Positions 35,501-39,173 of a stretch of DNA of 39,173 nucleotides are shown here, one piece after another. The DNA is from a virus. Lineage: Duplodnaviria > Heunggongvirae > Uroviricota > Caudoviricetes. The notes beneath the pieces are model-generated. The model had not been told where the DNA came from. It worked only from the letters and a program-made list of their open reading frames with translations, and made no database searches. A program made the position numbers and the translations under genes. The stretch lies in the IMG/VR virus record IMGVR_UViG_2563366802_000014; one strand, written 5' to 3'. Positions within the stretch are counted from its first letter, which is position 1. Each line of letters begins with the position of its first letter.

Positions 35501-36378
35501 GCAATGATATCGCAATCACATCACAACCAGGCGCAACTGTAGGTACTGCTGCGGCAATCTTCAGCCCGGAGGGCATGAATCAACTGGTGCGTTTCGCGGA
35601 GTTGATGTCACAAAGCAAAGCGACTGTACCGAAACATCTTGAAGGCAAACCTGCCGATTGTCTGGCGGTGACCATGCAGGCGGCACAGTGGGGAATGAAC
35701 CCTTTCGCCGTGGCGCAGAAAACGCATGTGGTAAACGGAACGTTAGGCTACGAAGCACAGTTGGTAAATGCGGTCGTATCCTCTTCCAGCCTGCTAGCGA
35801 CACGCCTGAATTATCGCTGGAGCGGTGACTGGTCGAATGTTAACGGCAAAACAGATAAATCACCGAATCTGACGGTAACTGTGTCAGCAGTTCTTAAAGG
35901 AGAAGCAGAACCCCGTGAGCTTACCATCAGTATGGCGCAAGCCGGAGTGCGTAACTCTCCATTGTGGGAACAGGATCCGCGCCAGCAACTTGCCTATCTT
36001 TGCACGAAACGATGGGCTCGCCTGCACGCTCCTGATGTACTTCTTGGTGTTTACACCCCTGACGAATTACAGGAAACGGCACCGCGCGTTGAGCGAGACA
36101 TTACTCCGCAAACAACTACTGCTGCGGGAATGAACAGTCTGATCAACGCTAAACCAGTGAAAAAGCCTGATGAGCAAACGCGTAAAGCGGATAGCCGTGA
36201 TCCAGAAGAAATGCTGATGGCCTTTACCAGCGCAGCGATGAATTACAGCACTGTCTCCGAACTGGATAAGGCTTACAAATACATTGCACAAAAACTTTCA
36301 GATGATGACGAACTGCTGGCAAAAGCCACCGACGTTTACAGCGTTCGTCGGGAAGAATTAAACGAAACATCTATGTAA
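35497..36378 (+). CDS. Single-strand annealing protein, Red-beta (Bet)-like
   Basis: By-eye similarity to lambda Bet (GMNPF, PLWEQDPRQQLAYLCTKRWARL, ERDITP); coupled to the exonuclease gene. Confidence 0.65.
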   Translation: MSNDIAITSQPGATVGTAAAIFSPEGMNQLVRFAELMSQSKATVPKHLEGKPADCLAVTMQAAQWGMNPFAVAQKTHVVNGTLGYEAQLVNAVVSSSSLLATRLNYRWSGDWSNVNGKTDKSPNLTVTVSAVLKGEAEPRELTISMAQAGVRNSPLWEQDPRQQLAYLCTKRWARLHAPDVLLGVYTPDELQETAPRVERDITPQTTTAAGMNSLINAKPVKKPDEQTRKADSRDPEEMLMAFTSAAMNYSTVSELDKAYKYIAQKLSDDDELLAKATDVYSVRREELNETSM

Positions 36379-36427
36379 CCACCACCGCGGCGCCACGCGC
36401 GCCGCACTGCAACCAAGAGAGGTATTT

Positions 36428-36676
36428 ATGAAAGGTGCATTAGGTAAGAAGGAACTCCTGGCGGTGGTGCCACTGTCATGGAGCACTATCGACCGTATGG
36501 AGCGCGCAGGTGAATTTCCTAAACGCTGGTATATCACTGACAAACGCTGCGCATGGAACCGTGACGAAGTTGAGCGTTGGCTTGATGAACGTCAGGCAGC
36601 AAGCCCGGCAGAGTTCCAGGGTAAAAAACCTCCTGTTCAGCAACGTGTATATCGTCCCGTGAGCAACGCTGCATGA
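36428..36676 (+). CDS. AlpA-like DNA-binding protein, possible excisionase or regulator
   Basis: Segment LSWSTIDRMERAGEFPKRWYITDKRCAWNRDEVERWL resembles the AlpA/Xis-type HTH family. Confidence 0.6.
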   Translation: MKGALGKKELLAVVPLSWSTIDRMERAGEFPKRWYITDKRCAWNRDEVERWLDERQAASPAEFQGKKPPVQQRVYRPVSNAA

Positions 36677-36833
36677 GTGCGCTGCTAAGGCACTGGATCA
36701 AATGGTCAGGATGGTACTTATTCCTGGCCTCTGTTTCAGCATGGCTTTATCTGCTGGCATTAATTTTCAGAGAGGGTTGGATTAAGTGAGAAAGTTAAGC
36801 CGACTTGAAAAATATCACATGAATAAGGTTTCA

Positions 36834-37085
36834 ATGCGCAGTCCGTCAAAGATTGTCGCCGTTACTCCTGCGGCGATAGAGATCGAAAAACGCGCGATTG
36901 AAAGAGAGAAAAAAGGGCAGTTCCGCATTGCCGCTCACCTTTGGCTTCAGTGTATGGATGTTGCTTCTGGTGATGTTGAGCGTGCAAGGATCGCGGTTCG
37001 CAGGGACCAATGTATCACAAAAGGTAACGGCCTTCGCCGTGGAGACTATAGCGGTATAGGATGTTGCGGGGTGGTTTGTGACTAA
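36834..37085 (+). CDS. PerC-like small transcriptional regulator, tentative
   Basis: Start set at ATG 36834 with RBS AAGGT (track start is GTG 36786); segment FRIAAHLWLQCMDVASGDVERARIAVRRDQC resembles PerC-type proteins from memory. Confidence 0.4.
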   Translation: MRSPSKIVAVTPAAIEIEKRAIEREKKGQFRIAAHLWLQCMDVASGDVERARIAVRRDQCITKGNGLRRGDYSGIGCCGVVCD

Positions 37086-37728
37086 GAAATACACACTAAT
37101 CTATGCAGATCCACCCTGGGTATACCGGGACAAAGCCGCAGATGGTAATCGCGGTGCCAGTTTTAAATATCCGGTTATGAGTGTGATGGATATCTGCCGC
37201 CTTCCTGTGTGGGATTTGGCCGATGAAAACTGTCTGTTGGCCATGTGGTGGGTGCCAACACAACCACTCGAAGCGCTAAAAGTTGTTGAAGCCTGGGGAT
37301 TCCGTCTGATGACCATGAAGGGCTTCACGTGGATAAAATGTGGTAGTCGACAACCAGATAAACTGGTTATGGGTATGGGGCACATGACTCGCGCCAATAG
37401 TGAAGATTGCCTGTTTGCGGTAAAGGGAAAACTACCTACGCGCATTAATGCAGGGATCGTTCAGTCATTTACCGCACCGCGGCTTGAGCATTCAAGAAAA
37501 CCAGATATCGTTCGTGAAAAACTTGTGCAATTGTTAGGCGATGTTTCTCGCATTGAACTGTTCGCCAGACAGACGTCTCATGGCTTCGATGTTTGGGGTA
37601 ATCAGTGCGAAGACCCGGCAGTGCAACTACACCCTGGATACGCGTTGGATATTGCCGGATTAACAAATGCATTCAGCAATGCTCCGCTGTCACCAACAGA
37701 CAACCAGGGGCGGGAGCGTGCAGCATGA
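37078..37728 (+). CDS. MT-A70 family DNA N6-adenine methyltransferase
   Basis: Hallmark DPPW motif in IYADPPWVY near the N-terminus; GTG start overlapping the previous stop. Confidence 0.8.
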   Translation: MTKKYTLIYADPPWVYRDKAADGNRGASFKYPVMSVMDICRLPVWDLADENCLLAMWWVPTQPLEALKVVEAWGFRLMTMKGFTWIKCGSRQPDKLVMGMGHMTRANSEDCLFAVKGKLPTRINAGIVQSFTAPRLEHSRKPDIVREKLVQLLGDVSRIELFARQTSHGFDVWGNQCEDPAVQLHPGYALDIAGLTNAFSNAPLSPTDNQGRERAA

Positions 37729-37919
37729 ACAGGGCATCACCAGCAGATTTAAGGAAATGCCTTGAAACTGCAAACATGCTTGCACACAGCGGGATCAGGT
37801 TTGTTCCAATTCCCGCTGTCACTGATGCTGAATTTGCAACGCTGTCAGCAATATTCGCAGACAAAATTGAATCACTGGCAGCAGAAGCCGAGATGGAAGA
37901 AAATCAGCAGAACTATTAA
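37725..37919 (+). CDS. Small hypothetical protein (64 aa)
   Basis: ATG 37725 overlaps the methyltransferase stop (ATGA); the longer track ORF from 37605 is probably not the real start. Confidence 0.45.
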   Translation: MNRASPADLRKCLETANMLAHSGIRFVPIPAVTDAEFATLSAIFADKIESLAAEAEMEENQQNY

Positions 37920-37922
37920 ACG

Positions 37923-39173
37923 TTATTCTCCCGCCATCCACTTCTCAAACTTCGACGGGGAGAACGGAATCAGATCCGTATGCTCCCCGTCAATCCAGGA
38001 ATCAATCATATCTGCCCACTGCTGCAACATGTAGGCGCGCTGTCTGGCGTATTCCGCTTTGTTATATACGGCGCGCACACCTTTCTGCTCATGTGCCAGA
38101 GCCTTTTCAATCCAGTCTGAAGGATAACCAGCCTCATGCAACAACGTACTGGCTGTACGGCGCATATCGTGTACGGTGAAGTCCTGAATATGCTCACCAT
38201 CTTCATTTATTATTTTCACCGTTCTGTCGATCAGTGAGTTCAACGCGGCATTAGATAATGGCTTCCGGAAATTGTAACGACCAGGAACCAGGTATTCACT
38301 TCCACCAGCGCACATCTGCAACCCAACCAATATATCCTGTGCTTGTTTAGGCAGGTAAATAACGTGCGCCCGGCTTCCCTTCATGCGGTCTGAAGGAATT
38401 GTCCATGTCCATTTTTTAAAATCTATTTCATCCCACGTTGCATTGGTGAATTCGCCTTTACGAACCATAGTGATAAGCACCAGCTTTAAAGCCATTTTCA
38501 TAGTGCCCATAGCACCAATGGCATCCAGCGTGCGGAAGAACAGACCAATTTCTTCTGGTGTCAGTGTTCGCTCTCGTGGTTTAAATATGGCGATAGACGA
38601 AGGTTTAATGTCAGCCGCAGGATTAAACAAACCATGACCACGGTCATTGGCATGACGGTATACGCTGCTGATGATCTCCCTGGCCTGCACTGCTGTTGCC
38701 AGGCCGCCGCGTTCGACAATCCGGTCACACAAATCACGAACCATCGATGTGGTAATTTCAGTCATCATTTTGTTGCCAAGAACCGGAAGTATGTCACGGT
38801 CGATCACCGCCTGCTTCATTGCGCGGGTACTGTCAGCCAGGATGACATGTTTCATATAACTGTCGGTATGTACCGCAAACGTCTCGGCACCACGAATCTT
38901 TTTGATACCGTCACGTTTAGCCGCAGCCGGTGACTGGCCTGCTTTAAGCAGCTTCTTTGCAGCAATCAGTTCTTCTCGCGCTTCTGCCAGGCTGATACCG
39001 TCACGCCCATACTGCCCGATTACCAGTGTTTCGCGGCGACCGTTGATACGGTAGTCATAGCGAAACGAGACCGTGCCTGACGTAAGCACAGCTACATACA
39101 GCCCGTCACGATCGGAGACCTTGTACAGTTTGTCCTGCGGCTTGAGGTTTTTTAATTTTGTATCGGTAAGCAC
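37923..39173 (-). CDS. int: Tyrosine integrase (P4-type); N-terminus at or just beyond the window edge
   Basis: C-terminal catalytic region HDMRRTASTLLHEAGYPSDWIEKALAH and a downstream Tyr in VYNKAEY; N-terminal arm-binding-like segment; ORF runs to the window end with GTG at the edge, so the true start may lie outside. Confidence 0.85.
   Translation of the reverse strand: MLTDTKLKNLKPQDKLYKVSDRDGLYVAVLTSGTVSFRYDYRINGRRETLVIGQYGRDGISLAEAREELIAAKKLLKAGQSPAAAKRDGIKKIRGAETFAVHTDSYMKHVILADSTRAMKQAVIDRDILPVLGNKMMTEITTSMVRDLCDRIVERGGLATAVQAREIISSVYRHANDRGHGLFNPAADIKPSSIAIFKPRERTLTPEEIGLFFRTLDAIGAMGTMKMALKLVLITMVRKGEFTNATWDEIDFKKWTWTIPSDRMKGSRAHVIYLPKQAQDILVGLQMCAGGSEYLVPGRYNFRKPLSNAALNSLIDRTVKIINEDGEHIQDFTVHDMRRTASTLLHEAGYPSDWIEKALAHEQKGVRAVYNKAEYARQRAYMLQQWADMIDSWIDGEHTDLIPFSPSKFEKWMAGE

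Larger units (their letters stand above)
1144..39173. mobile_element. Temperate prophage (podovirus-like structural module with lambdoid regulation and replication), continues beyond right window edge
   Basis: Contiguous phage gene content from spanins at 1289 to integrase at the window edge; left boundary placed after the host terminator but not defined by an att repeat. Confidence 0.8.

Noticed and set aside
1-39173. CRISPR arrays, rRNA genes, insertion sequences or transposases
   Set aside because: No regularly spaced direct repeats with unique spacers, no rRNA-like sequence and no transposase-like ORF were seen on manual inspection; a dedicated tool was not run.

Overview
The window holds about 1.1 kb of host DNA (a glycine-zipper lipoprotein gene and a secreted coiled-coil protein gene, possibly a yfgH/yfgI-like pair) followed by a near-complete temperate prophage that runs from about 1144 to the right window edge. 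All calls rest on reading the sequence and the supplied ORF track, with motif recognition from memory; no database search or folding was run. On the minus strand, from high to low coordinates, lie a lambdoid early-right module (Cro-like regulator, O-like initiator with origin iterons, P-like helicase loader, nin-like small genes), then terminase small and large subunits, portal, scaffold, major capsid, tail-tube-like and large internal virion proteins, an 820-aa tailspike with a C-terminal S74-type chaperone motif, and a distal lysis cassette (holin candidates, GH19 endolysin, nested spanins). On the plus strand lie a tandem-HTH repressor without a recognisable autocleavage domain, an early-left operon (RecE-like exonuclease, Red-beta-like annealase, AlpA-like and PerC-like regulators, MT-A70 methyltransferase), a tRNA-Arg(UCU) plus small-gene cassette inserted between terminase and portal, and a three-gene island between the ejection proteins and the tailspike. 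A tyrosine integrase sits on the minus strand at the right edge. The most notable observations are (i) a 15-bp palindrome TTACC-N5-GGTAA present as 10 perfect and about 5 near-perfect copies, all perfect copies intergenic and placed at promoters throughout the prophage; (ii) a perfect LexA box in front of a small antirepressor-domain gene; (iii) a 12-bp palindrome GTGACATGTCAC found three times, each at a gene 3' end beside a terminator. The second prophage junction lies outside the window, so the attachment site could not be defined. No CRISPR array, rRNA or transposase was seen.
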